Below are positions 7,782 to 16,375 of a stretch of DNA of 64,000 nucleotides, piece by piece. The notes beneath the pieces were generated by a model. That model did no database searches. It saw only the letters and a list, made by a program, of their open reading frames with translations, and was not told where the DNA came from. Where the stretch lies: the IMG/VR virus record IMGVR_UViG_3300044693_000070, positions 1,978 through 65,977 of that record; one strand, 5' to 3'. The stretch's first letter is position 1. Every line of letters starts with the position of its first letter. Made by a program: the position numbers and the translations under genes. The DNA is from a virus. Lineage: Duplodnaviria > Caudoviricetes.

Positions 7782-9701
7782 ATGGACTACCTGAAAGTAG
7801 CACTACGCAGCGAACTCGCCGCCGAGGACATCAGCCAGGCCGCGACACGTGCAACGATCCATCTGTACGACGGCCACAACCCGGCATCGACGATGTGCGG
7901 GAAGGTGGACACGATGGACACCGTTGCGGCCAGTACGGACAGGGTGGTGTCGTGTGCCGACTGCCTTTCCGCTTACCGGCGCGAGCGCGACACGCCTCCC
8001 CACAATAACATTCTGCGCGTCCTGTCGCGCGTCGCATTGAGTGGCGTCAGCAGCGAAGAATGTGGCGGCATTGAGCGCCGTCATCGACCCCGATTCATCG
8101 TAGTACCAGCAGCACTTTTTAACGGAGAAGAAACCATGAAGCACTACACGAACGTCCGCGCAAAAGCAGTCGCGCATTCCGAACTGGCGAACCTCGCGTT
8201 GATCCACGCGCTGTTTGAAGGCAGCACGACCACCGCCTGCGGAGCGCTCGGCGGCCACGAGGTCGATGTCGTGGCCGGATCGCCCGTATCCTGCAAAGAC
8301 TGCATGAAGGCGATCATGAACCAGCAGCGCGCGAGCGATCACCGCATGCCGCTCGTGCCGGTGCCCGCGCCGGTCCTGCACCACAACTTCAGCACGCACC
8401 ACAAGGCATGGCGCCGTGGCCTGGAGATCGCAGCCGCGTCGTTCTCGAACGAGGCCGACCGCACGTACTGGCAACACGAACTGGCCGCGTTCGACATGGC
8501 CTACAGGAAGTTCGATCACAGCCTGGCGACGGGAGCCGACGACATGCCCGATGCGATCCACCACGGCGGCCCGGTGCCGAAGCATCGACCGCAGCCACGC
8601 AAGACGACCAGGGACGTGCTTACCGAGTTCAGCAGCATCATCGAAAACTGCGACTCACGCATGATCGGTGACGGCAGCGGCGAGCGCGAGTACATCTTGT
8701 CGGCAGAGGACATCGCCACGTTGCGCAGCCTGCGCGACGCCTTCGTGGCCGAGACGATCATCGACGCACAGAAGGTCGTCAACGACGCCGACCTGCTCGA
8801 CAAGCTGCGTCGCATGTGCGGCTACGTCGAGGACGGCAGCAGCGAATTCGTCACCATCGGCCAGGATGATGCAACCCGCGAGTGGGGCATCAGCGTGGGC
8901 GCCGATCACCGCATGCAGAAGCGTCGCCACTACCACGGCACCAGTTTTCATCAGGCGATCCGCGCGGCCGCCGAAAAGGAACTCGATGTCGAGCCCGAGG
9001 CCGAAGACCTGGCGCAGCCGCGCGACAAGACGTTCGAGATCGCAGTCGTAGCGGTTCCAGCATCGAGTTTCATCGAACAGGCCGACAAGCGCAACGAAAT
9101 GCGCGCACTGCTTCTCAAGGTGAAGGACAGGTTCAGCGCAGTTCACGCGAAGAACATCATCAACGCTGTCGGTAAGGCGCAGAAGATGGACGACATTGAC
9201 CCGGCCAACTACGACAAGGTGATCGAGGCGTGCAATGCGGACTTGAATCCGCCGCCGCGTTTCGGCACCGTGGACGTGAAGATCAAGCGCGTGCATCCCG
9301 GCGCGAAGCTGCCGACGTACGGCACGCCCGATTCCGCGTGCTTCGACTTCTACGCGATCAAGGGCGGCATGGTCGGCTACGGCGATCCGGCCACGTTCGA
9401 TATCGGCATCCAGATCGAGCCCGAGCCTGGTTACGGCCTGCTGGTCTTCCCGCGTAGCGGCCTGGCATTCAACGAGGACGTGCGCCTGGCGAACTGCGTG
9501 GCCGTGATCGACGGCGACTACCGCAAGAACCTCAAGATCAAGCTGACGATGGACATGCCGGGCATGGCGTACACGGTGAAGGACGGCGAGCGCATCGCGC
9601 AAGGCATGTTCGTCCCGATCACGCGGGCCGTGTTCAGCGAAGCATCCGAACTGTCCGTCACGCAGCGCGACGGCGGCATGGGCAGCACCGGAAAATTCTG
9701 A
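7782..9701 (+). CDS. dut: multidomain protein with C-terminal trimeric dUTPase
   Basis: dUTPase motifs SACFD, PRSGLA, VIDGDYR, GERIAQ, RDGGMGSTG in the last ~145 aa; ~490-aa N-terminal extension; start ATG 7782 with GGAG RBS. Confidence 0.88.
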   Translation: MDYLKVALRSELAAEDISQAATRATIHLYDGHNPASTMCGKVDTMDTVAASTDRVVSCADCLSAYRRERDTPPHNNILRVLSRVALSGVSSEECGGIERRHRPRFIVVPAALFNGEETMKHYTNVRAKAVAHSELANLALIHALFEGSTTTACGALGGHEVDVVAGSPVSCKDCMKAIMNQQRASDHRMPLVPVPAPVLHHNFSTHHKAWRRGLEIAAASFSNEADRTYWQHELAAFDMAYRKFDHSLATGADDMPDAIHHGGPVPKHRPQPRKTTRDVLTEFSSIIENCDSRMIGDGSGEREYILSAEDIATLRSLRDAFVAETIIDAQKVVNDADLLDKLRRMCGYVEDGSSEFVTIGQDDATREWGISVGADHRMQKRRHYHGTSFHQAIRAAAEKELDVEPEAEDLAQPRDKTFEIAVVAVPASSFIEQADKRNEMRALLLKVKDRFSAVHAKNIINAVGKAQKMDDIDPANYDKVIEACNADLNPPPRFGTVDVKIKRVHPGAKLPTYGTPDSACFDFYAIKGGMVGYGDPATFDIGIQIEPEPGYGLLVFPRSGLAFNEDVRLANCVAVIDGDYRKNLKIKLTMDMPGMAYTVKDGERIAQGMFVPITRAVFSEASELSVTQRDGGMGSTGKF

Positions 9702-9703
9702 CC

Positions 9704-10069
9704 ATGATGCGAGCGACCTACCCCGCCCCGGCGCTCGCAGTCGTTCATCCGACGTGCGTGTTCATCCCGCCTATCACCAACCCGCTCGGCCAACACTGGC
9801 GCCAGCCGGACCTGTCCGACGTGACGATGGACGACACGCACGTGCTGCTGACACGACGCCAGTTCGACGCGCTGGCTGATTACTCGACCAGTACGCCGAG
9901 CGGCGTGTATGCCGGGAAGTGCTGGAAAGGCGAGCGATTCGAGGTGCGCGACAACCGCATTCACCGCACTGGTCGCTGGTTCCTGCGCTGGTTCAGCGAC
10001 CCGCCAGTGCAGGACGACTTCGCACCGTACTGCGTGAACAATCAACGCGAAATCATTCTCATCGACTGA
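9704..10069 (+). CDS. hypothetical protein
   Basis: 121-aa ORF in the operon. Confidence 0.7.
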   Translation: MMRATYPAPALAVVHPTCVFIPPITNPLGQHWRQPDLSDVTMDDTHVLLTRRQFDALADYSTSTPSGVYAGKCWKGERFEVRDNRIHRTGRWFLRWFSDPPVQDDFAPYCVNNQREIILID

Positions 10070-10080
10070 AAGGAAACACC

Positions 10081-10704
10081 ATGAGCATCACGAACCCATC
10101 ACCCTACCGCAACGCCGTGATGATCGGCGGACCCGCTGATGGCATGCTGTATTCGCTCGACGCGCGCAAGCGCATTTTCAGCGTCGTCGATCCGGTTACG
10201 CGGCAGGACGTGAACTACAGCATCGGCTCTCTGTTCGACACGTTCGGCGTGTTCTACGTCGGCGTGCAGAACCACAACGTCGATCCGATCCTCATGCTGC
10301 TGGCGGGCTACCGTCGCCCGATCACCGACGATAGCGACCTGCGCGAAGCCGCGAACACGGTGACATGCCTCGGCGGCCCGGCCGATGCGATGCGTATCGC
10401 AATGGCGCACACGCAGGAAACCGTCGATCCACCGCTGCGCCGCGCCAGCGATGGGCCGGTGCCCACCTACCACATCGTCCGCCTCGTGGCGAAGGATCAG
10501 ACCCATCACCGCGTCGCCGTCGTGGACCCGAGGAACAGCAGCCCGATTGCAATGCTGATGGAGGGCTACCGCAAGACGCGCGAACAGGACGAGCCGTACG
10601 GCCTGGAATCCTGCACGTTCTGCGGCATGCGCATCGCTGACCCCTGCACGGAGATTCCGGCCGACTACTGCGAAAAGGCGCTGGCCGCGCGGAGGGGCAA
10701 ATGA
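10081..10704 (+). CDS. hypothetical protein with internal duplication and Cys-rich tail
   Basis: ATG 10081 after AAGGA; two GGPAD...PI-ML--GYR units. Confidence 0.8.
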   Translation: MSITNPSPYRNAVMIGGPADGMLYSLDARKRIFSVVDPVTRQDVNYSIGSLFDTFGVFYVGVQNHNVDPILMLLAGYRRPITDDSDLREAANTVTCLGGPADAMRIAMAHTQETVDPPLRRASDGPVPTYHIVRLVAKDQTHHRVAVVDPRNSSPIAMLMEGYRKTREQDEPYGLESCTFCGMRIADPCTEIPADYCEKALAARRGK

Positions 10705-10901
10705 TGGGCACGCACTACCCATCGGGCTATCCTGGCGGCGCCGACACGCCACCTGAACCGCCGCGAAAGATCATCCAGATCGCGGTATGCCCGAGCGATG
10801 AAGGTGATCCGTTTTACTATGTCCTGTGCGACGACGGCACGCACTGGATGCTGCAAACCAGTGGCACGTGGGTTCAAATGCCGCCGATTCCGCAACCCTG
10901 A
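10701..10901 (+). CDS. small hypothetical protein
   Basis: 66 aa with GGAGG RBS; KIIQIA...LCDDGT-W...W-QMPPIP. Confidence 0.75.
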   Translation: MMGTHYPSGYPGGADTPPEPPRKIIQIAVCPSDEGDPFYYVLCDDGTHWMLQTSGTWVQMPPIPQP

Positions 10902-10934
10902 TCCACAACCACCAGAACGAAGGGAATAAAAACC

Positions 10935-11609
10935 ATGATCGCAAAACTCATCGGCCGCGTGCTGCGCAAGCCCCAGGTAAGCAACTATCTGCTGAACCGG
11001 GCGAAGCTCACGCCCGACCAGCACATCATGTCGGCGGACGGAAGCCAGGTCTACATGTATCGCTACTGGCTGTTCAACCCGATTGACCCGAAGACGTACA
11101 AACGGAAGCACCGCTTACTGCCGTTCTCGATCCGCATCCATCACATCGTCCACCCCGACGAGGATCGCCACCTGCACGACCATCCGTTCAACGCGCGGAC
11201 GTGGATCATGCGGGGCGGCTACGAGGAAGTGCGCAGCGAGGTCGCGGGCGCGTCGTGCGCCGATCCGTGGTGGACTGAACGCATCATGGTCGAGCGTCAC
11301 TACCTGGCCGGTGACAGCGCGAAGCTGGGGCACAACCAGTACCACAAGATCACGAAGCTGTACGGCGGCGAAGCGCTGACCTTCTTCGTGTTCGGCCGCT
11401 ACCTTGGGCCGTGGGGCTTCCTCGTCAACGGCGAGAAGATGCTGTTCCGCGAGTACCTGCGGCAGTTCAAGCGGAAGCACCCGAGCGCGTGCCTGGCCGT
11501 GCAGCACGGCGACCTGACCGCGTGCGAGACGTGCGACCTGGCCTGGGACACCAACGATCCCGAGCGGCCGATGTGCAAGCGGCGCGGTTCCGACCAGCGT
11601 GGAGCGTGA
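10935..11609 (+). CDS. cupin-fold-like protein with C-terminal Cys module
   Basis: HLHDHPF...GGYEE...YHKI metal-binding pattern; CETCDLAWDTNDP tail. Confidence 0.6.
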   Translation: MIAKLIGRVLRKPQVSNYLLNRAKLTPDQHIMSADGSQVYMYRYWLFNPIDPKTYKRKHRLLPFSIRIHHIVHPDEDRHLHDHPFNARTWIMRGGYEEVRSEVAGASCADPWWTERIMVERHYLAGDSAKLGHNQYHKITKLYGGEALTFFVFGRYLGPWGFLVNGEKMLFREYLRQFKRKHPSACLAVQHGDLTACETCDLAWDTNDPERPMCKRRGSDQRGA

Positions 11610-11614
11610 GCACC

Positions 11615-12295
11615 ATGCGGGTCAAGAAGCAAGCCCTGAATTACGACTCGCCGCAGTCGCAGGAAACCATCAAGCGGATCATCGCGTTTCTGCTGGGGCG
11701 CCCGATCCACGGCGCCACGCAGCAGCACGTGGCCGACATGCTTGAGGTGAGCCTGCAAACGGCGAATCGCTTCATTCAGCATTTGCTGTTGAAGAACGAA
11801 ATCCACGAGCACATCAAGGCGCAAGCGATGGGCCGCAACTCCCCGGCGTACTACCTGGCCGGGCCGCCCGTTGTCACGCACTTCCCGAAGCGTGGCTACT
11901 CAGACCTGCCGCTGAACTTCTTCGGCGGCGTTGAACGACGTAAGACGAAAAGGACAATCAACATGGACATGATCGAGGAACGCAACCACGTTGCGAATAC
12001 TGAACAGCAGGCCCGCGATAAGATGACGGACTGGTTCGACGTGAATTCCCACCAGCCGCCGTGCGCTGGCCCGTGGCAATGCAAGATCATCAGCGGCATG
12101 ATGGCCGCGAAGCCGGACGAAGAACCCGTTACGCACATGCGCTGGTTCGACGGCGTGCGCTGGTCGTGGCCGTTGCAGCCCGAGCACATGCGCGAAGACG
12201 GGTACAAGAAGCCTGACGAATCTCAGTTTTTGCCGGAAGGTCTGCCGACGAACATCGCGTGGCGCGGATACACGGAAGATCAGGAACCGCTGTAA
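11615..12295 (+). CDS. two-domain protein with N-terminal HTH-like region
   Basis: TQQHVADMLEVSLQTANRFIQHL; possible internal start at 11963 after AAAGGA. Confidence 0.65.
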   Translation: MRVKKQALNYDSPQSQETIKRIIAFLLGRPIHGATQQHVADMLEVSLQTANRFIQHLLLKNEIHEHIKAQAMGRNSPAYYLAGPPVVTHFPKRGYSDLPLNFFGGVERRKTKRTINMDMIEERNHVANTEQQARDKMTDWFDVNSHQPPCAGPWQCKIISGMMAAKPDEEPVTHMRWFDGVRWSWPLQPEHMREDGYKKPDESQFLPEGLPTNIAWRGYTEDQEPL

Positions 12296-12300
12296 ATTGA

Positions 12301-12329
12301 TTGACAGGGATTTTCCCTGTCGTCATACT
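12301..12329 (+). promoter_or_regulatory. sigma70 promoter PR2 with perfect palindromic operator
   Basis: TTGACA-17-CATACT; GACAGGG-ATTTT-CCCTGTC at 12303-12321. Confidence 0.9.
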
Positions 12330-12365
12330 TTCATTTACCTACATCAAACGGAAAGAGACATCATC

Positions 12366-12863
12366 ATGGCAAAAGAATTGAAGGTGAACGGCCTCGCCAA
12401 CATCGGCAGGCTGTTGAACCGCGCCGATCTGCCCACCGCGCCAGCGCCAACACCGAAGCGCGAGCGTCGCACGCGTGACGAGATCGCAGCGCGTACCATC
12501 GAGAAGGTCGTCGCCGCTGTCGGCCTGTCGTCGGACAAGCCGCTCACCAGCGCAGCAGAATCGCAGGTCAGGCTGATCTCGACATTCGTACAGGCGGCGG
12601 TGCGCGACGCCTACAACGGCGGCCACGCGGACGCGCTCGACCAGAACAGCGCCGTCGAAAAGCTGCTCGAACAGCAGTACGAGGCCCGTACGAAAATGAC
12701 GCTGCCCGCCGCCGTCGCCGCGATCATGGAGCAACGCGGCCTGGCGTCGATGACGCTGGACCTGGCAATGCTCGCCACCGTGTTCGACCGTCAGACCATC
12801 GACTTCGACGTGCAGGAAGGCGACATCATCAACTACCGGCTGACCCCGCGTGACGAGGCATGA
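12366..12863 (+). CDS. hypothetical protein
   Basis: ATG 12366 (MAKELK), first gene after PR2. Confidence 0.8.
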   Translation: MAKELKVNGLANIGRLLNRADLPTAPAPTPKRERRTRDEIAARTIEKVVAAVGLSSDKPLTSAAESQVRLISTFVQAAVRDAYNGGHADALDQNSAVEKLLEQQYEARTKMTLPAAVAAIMEQRGLASMTLDLAMLATVFDRQTIDFDVQEGDIINYRLTPRDEA

Positions 12864-12994
12864 CCATGAATCCCGAACTGATCCTTCCCGTCATCAGTGT
12901 CGCGTCGTTCATCTTCGGTGTCGTCGGCCTGGCACTGTGCATCGATTACTATGTCGAGCGCCGCTTCGGCATTCACGCGGAGGACTGGAAATGA
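12860..12994 (+). CDS. small single-pass membrane protein (44 aa)
   Basis: MTMNPELILPVISVASFIFGVVGLALCIDYY...; ATGA overlaps at both ends. Confidence 0.65.
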   Translation: MTMNPELILPVISVASFIFGVVGLALCIDYYVERRFGIHAEDWK

Positions 12995-13158
12995 AGCAGC
13001 CTATCGCGTGGATCATCGAGCCGATGAAGACGGACTCGCCGCCGTACCTTACGTTGAATCCCGAGGTCGCGGAGAAGCGCCGCAGCAAGGGCGACATCGT
13101 GACGGAATACGTGTCGCAAAAACCCACTACCCAAAACCCCGAGGATGACGACCTGTGA
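12991..13158 (+). CDS. small hypothetical protein (55 aa, ends EDDDL)
   Basis: GGAGG RBS; coupled to rdgC. Confidence 0.7.
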   Translation: MKQPIAWIIEPMKTDSPPYLTLNPEVAEKRRSKGDIVTEYVSQKPTTQNPEDDDL

Positions 13159-14129
13159 AAAGTACGAAACTCATTAAAGCGTTCATACCGTTCGGCAGCA
13201 ATGCCGTGCTGTATGACTGGTGCGGCCGCGCCGCGCGCAATCCGGCCAAGACGGCCGAAGCCATCGATCTCTTCATCGCCAAAGACCCGGCCGCGAACGA
13301 ATGGTCGAACCTGGGCCTGATCGAGCCGCTGGAAGAAGGCAGCTACGTCCACGATCTCGACGGCAAGGCGCGCATGCTCAAGCTGCAATTCAGCGAGCGC
13401 AAACTGCCAGCCTCCGTGCGCGACGAAAAGCTGAACGAGCGCTACCGCGAACTGTGCGAGAAGGAAGGCCGCAAGCTGAACAAGAAGGAGTTCGCGCAAC
13501 TGCGGGAGGACGTGGAGGCGTCGCTGCTGCCGAAGGCGTTCATCACGCGCAGCATCGTGCCGGTGTTCGTGTTCAAGGATCGGCTGATGATCTGCACGTC
13601 GAGCGCATCGAAGGCCGAAAAGGTGCTCGGCCACCTCGTTCGACTGACGCAGGCCCGCAACCTCGAATGGACGTTCAACGAGATCGTCACCGCATGCACG
13701 CCGTCGCACCTGCTGGGCCGCGTCGCACGCGAGAATCTGGTCTACGTGGACGAGGACGAGTCGGCCAGGTTGGAAGCGGGCCTGGCCGCCGTGTTCAAGG
13801 GCGAGGACAAGCGCGCGATCCGCGTGAAGGACCGCGACCTGGCCGCCGAGGAAATCCAGAAGGTAATCACCAGCGGCGGATACGGCACGACCGAACTCGC
13901 AATGCAACTGCGCGTGATCGACGACGTGCTGGCCGGTTTCACGATGACCGACAAGTTGATCTTCAAGGGCATCCGGTTATCCGACACGACGGTTGCCAAC
14001 GTTGGCGCCGACGCGGACGATCTGCACGCGACCTACTGGCTGTTCGCCTCGACGCTCAACTCGATCCTGTCGCATGTCGTGACCGCGCTGAACGACGGCG
14101 ACGGCGGCGATGATGGCGACGATCTCTAA
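13155..14129 (+). CDS. rdgC: recombination-associated protein RdgC
   Basis: SERKLPASV...EGRKLNKKEFAQLREDVEASLLPKAF is typical of RdgC; GTG start. Confidence 0.85.
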   Translation: MKSTKLIKAFIPFGSNAVLYDWCGRAARNPAKTAEAIDLFIAKDPAANEWSNLGLIEPLEEGSYVHDLDGKARMLKLQFSERKLPASVRDEKLNERYRELCEKEGRKLNKKEFAQLREDVEASLLPKAFITRSIVPVFVFKDRLMICTSSASKAEKVLGHLVRLTQARNLEWTFNEIVTACTPSHLLGRVARENLVYVDEDESARLEAGLAAVFKGEDKRAIRVKDRDLAAEEIQKVITSGGYGTTELAMQLRVIDDVLAGFTMTDKLIFKGIRLSDTTVANVGADADDLHATYWLFASTLNSILSHVVTALNDGDGGDDGDDL

Positions 14130-14145
14130 CCGAGGGAAGTCACGT

Positions 14146-14385
14146 ATGCCGCGCGATAAAACGTACGCCCAGCAGGTCAAGGTGATCGTCAATAAGTTCA
14201 TTGCGATGAAGCCGGGCGAGTCGTTCTTCATCGCTGACGTGGAGCCGGACGACGTGGAGTTTCTGCGCCGCCCGGCAGTCGCCGCTGGCTGCGGCATCAC
14301 GATCCGCCGCGTCGAACTGGACGAGATTTACCAGCAGCAGGGCGTGCGCATCTGGCGTGAAGAGGGCGAGTATGACGAACTCTGA
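14146..14385 (+). CDS. small hypothetical protein (ends YDEL)
   Basis: ATG 14146 after GAGGGA. Confidence 0.75.
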   Translation: MPRDKTYAQQVKVIVNKFIAMKPGESFFIADVEPDDVEFLRRPAVAAGCGITIRRVELDEIYQQQGVRIWREEGEYDEL

Positions 14386-14686
14386 CGACATCGACCACGC
14401 CGACATGCTGCGCCAAGCCGCCGATCCAGAATGCCAGCTATGCGACGGGTCCGGCGTCTTCTACGGCAACGTGGCCGTGTGCGGCTGCGTGAACTCGCAG
14501 CACCACAAGCGCGTGCTCGATGCGACTGTCGAACATGCGCAGCGCTACAAAGAACTGTTCCACTCCATGCAGGACAAGGTGCTCGACGGCCAGGATGAAC
14601 TGGTTCGTCGCGGGCAGGTGATCGCCCGCCAGCGCGCAGTGATCGACGATCTGGAAAAGCGTCTTGGAATCGATCAAGAGTTGTAA
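14372..14686 (+). CDS. hypothetical protein with CxxCxGxG...CxC and coiled coil
   Basis: CQLCDGSG...CGC; GAGGG RBS. Confidence 0.75.
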   Translation: MTNSDDIDHADMLRQAADPECQLCDGSGVFYGNVAVCGCVNSQHHKRVLDATVEHAQRYKELFHSMQDKVLDGQDELVRRGQVIARQRAVIDDLEKRLGIDQEL

Positions 14687-14692
14687 AAACAG

Positions 14693-14722
14693 TTGACAGG
14701 GAATTTCCTTGTCGAATATTAT
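14693..14722 (+). promoter_or_regulatory. sigma70 promoter PR3 with embedded palindromic operator
   Basis: TTGACA-18-TATTAT; GACAGGG-AATTT-CCTTGTC at 14695-14713. Confidence 0.85.
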
Positions 14723-14768
14723 TCAATCCGCAGTAACCACCTTCAACAACGTAAAAGGAAAAGCCATC

Positions 14769-15221
14769 ATGGCAAAAGAAATCTCCAAAACTTCGGCAAC
14801 CAAGACCACCGGCACCGCGAAACGCGCCAGCAAGGCCGAACTGAAAGTCGCGGTGAAGAAGCCCTCGAAGGCGCCGACCAAGGGCTTGCCGATCAACGCG
14901 TCGCCGCGCGCAATCAAAGCGCTGGCTGACCGCGAAGACGCAGCGAAGAAGCCCGCGAAGAAGCACGTCGTCGGCGCCACGCCGACCACCGCGCGTTCCA
15001 AGGTCGCCGCAGCGAAGAAGGAAGCAGGCCCGCAGAAGCACGAGATCAAGAACCTCAAGGCGCTGCGTGCAGTCCTCGACCAGTACCCCAAGGCCACCGG
15101 CTACACGGTCGCATCGCTGCTCGATCACGAGGCGATCTACCTGACCAACACGCGCGGCCGCGTCATCGCTGACGTGCTGCTGGCGAAGAAGCCCTCTGTC
15201 AAGAAGACCCTGCGCGGTTAA
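14769..15221 (+). CDS. Lys/Ala-rich histone-H1-like basic protein
   Basis: ATG 14769 after AAAGGA; AAKKPAKK/KKPSK repeats. Confidence 0.7.
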   Translation: MAKEISKTSATKTTGTAKRASKAELKVAVKKPSKAPTKGLPINASPRAIKALADREDAAKKPAKKHVVGATPTTARSKVAAAKKEAGPQKHEIKNLKALRAVLDQYPKATGYTVASLLDHEAIYLTNTRGRVIADVLLAKKPSVKKTLRG

Positions 15222-15229
15222 GACGGAAC

Positions 15230-15260
15230 AGCCGGTCGCCACGAGCGGCCGGTTTTCTTT
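15230..15260 (+). terminator. probable rho-independent terminator
   Basis: AGCCGGTCGC-CACGA-GCGGCCGGTT hairpin followed by TTCTTT. Confidence 0.65.
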
Positions 15261-15272
15261 GGAGCGGAACAC

Positions 15273-15638
15273 ATGGCAATCGAAACCATCCGCGTGACCG
15301 TCACACGCGATCAAATGAAGGGGCCGGGGAACGACGCGCAGAACGTCTTCATCGCCGGTATTACCCTGTTGAAAACCCTGCTGCGCGCACGTATCCCGGT
15401 CATGGGCATATCCGGCTTCGTGGTCGTCGCACGCGGCAAGCTGACCGTCGAACACGAAGATGGCCTGGACGGCGACGAGTGGCACTACACGTTCGTTGGT
15501 GAGCCCATCGCGGCCGAACTGATGGATGAACTGCTTCCGTCGCTGGCAAAAGGTGGCGGCCACTTCACCTTCACGAAGCCCCTGGCCGAACGCGAGGCCG
15601 CGATCCGCGCGCGGCAGGCAGAAGACGAGGAACTGTAA
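15273..15638 (+). CDS. hypothetical protein, paralog A
   Basis: Shares VARGKL...EDGLDGDEWHYTFVGEP...LAEREAA with the next gene. Confidence 0.85.
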   Translation: MAIETIRVTVTRDQMKGPGNDAQNVFIAGITLLKTLLRARIPVMGISGFVVVARGKLTVEHEDGLDGDEWHYTFVGEPIAAELMDELLPSLAKGGGHFTFTKPLAEREAAIRARQAEDEEL

Positions 15639-15995
15639 ATGGCCGACACGACTATCAAAATCACGGTTACGCGCGACGAACTGCACCACCGCGACGACCC
15701 CGATCTGCAACTGACGATCAACGGCGGCAAGGTCGTCGAGAAGCTGCGCAATGCGGGCATCCCGGTCATCGGCAGCAGCACGATCCTGGCCGTCGCACGC
15801 GGCAAGCTGGAGATCGAATACGAGGACGGCCTTGACGGCGATGAGTGGCACTACACGTTCGTCGGTGAGCCCGTCATGCCAGAGGCGCGGCGCGGGCCGC
15901 ACGGCCACGTGCAGAGCATCCTGTTGACCGACAACCTGGCCGAGCGCGAAGCCGCAGTGCGCGCCCGCCTCCAAGCCGAAGAGGACGAGCTATGA
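15639..15995 (+). CDS. hypothetical protein, paralog B
   Basis: Tandem paralog of 15273..15638. Confidence 0.85.
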   Translation: MADTTIKITVTRDELHHRDDPDLQLTINGGKVVEKLRNAGIPVIGSSTILAVARGKLEIEYEDGLDGDEWHYTFVGEPVMPEARRGPHGHVQSILLTDNLAEREAAVRARLQAEEDEL

Positions 15996-16375
15996 AACGC
16001 CAGGTTTCATTCACCGTGTTCGACGCGCTAACCGGCGTGCCGAGCCTGCTGCATTACGTGGACATCGAGGCGATCACGTGGCGTATGAACCCCGAACCGC
16101 ACCAGGCCGTCCACAAGGCCACGGTGCGCTACAAGAACGGCGCCATCGTCGAGATCAACCTGCGGCAAGAGGACGCGGCCGATCTGCGCGAATGGATCGT
16201 GGCGAACGGCGCTGTCCACATTCCGGTGTTCTTCGCACCCAGCGCCGCGCCGTCGTTCTACTACCACGTGCCGAAGTTCGTGGAGAAACGCGGCGGCAAC
16301 GAGCGTCGGCGCAAGAAGATCATTTACGGCGGCCAGGAACGCCGCCAGGGCGATAGAAGGAAAGGAGGAAGGTGA
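15992..16375 (+). CDS. hypothetical protein with Arg-rich ERR/DRR tail
   Basis: Ends GGNERRRKKIIYGGQERRQGDRRKGGR. Confidence 0.75.
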   Translation: MKRQVSFTVFDALTGVPSLLHYVDIEAITWRMNPEPHQAVHKATVRYKNGAIVEINLRQEDAADLREWIVANGAVHIPVFFAPSAAPSFYYHVPKFVEKRGGNERRRKKIIYGGQERRQGDRRKGGR

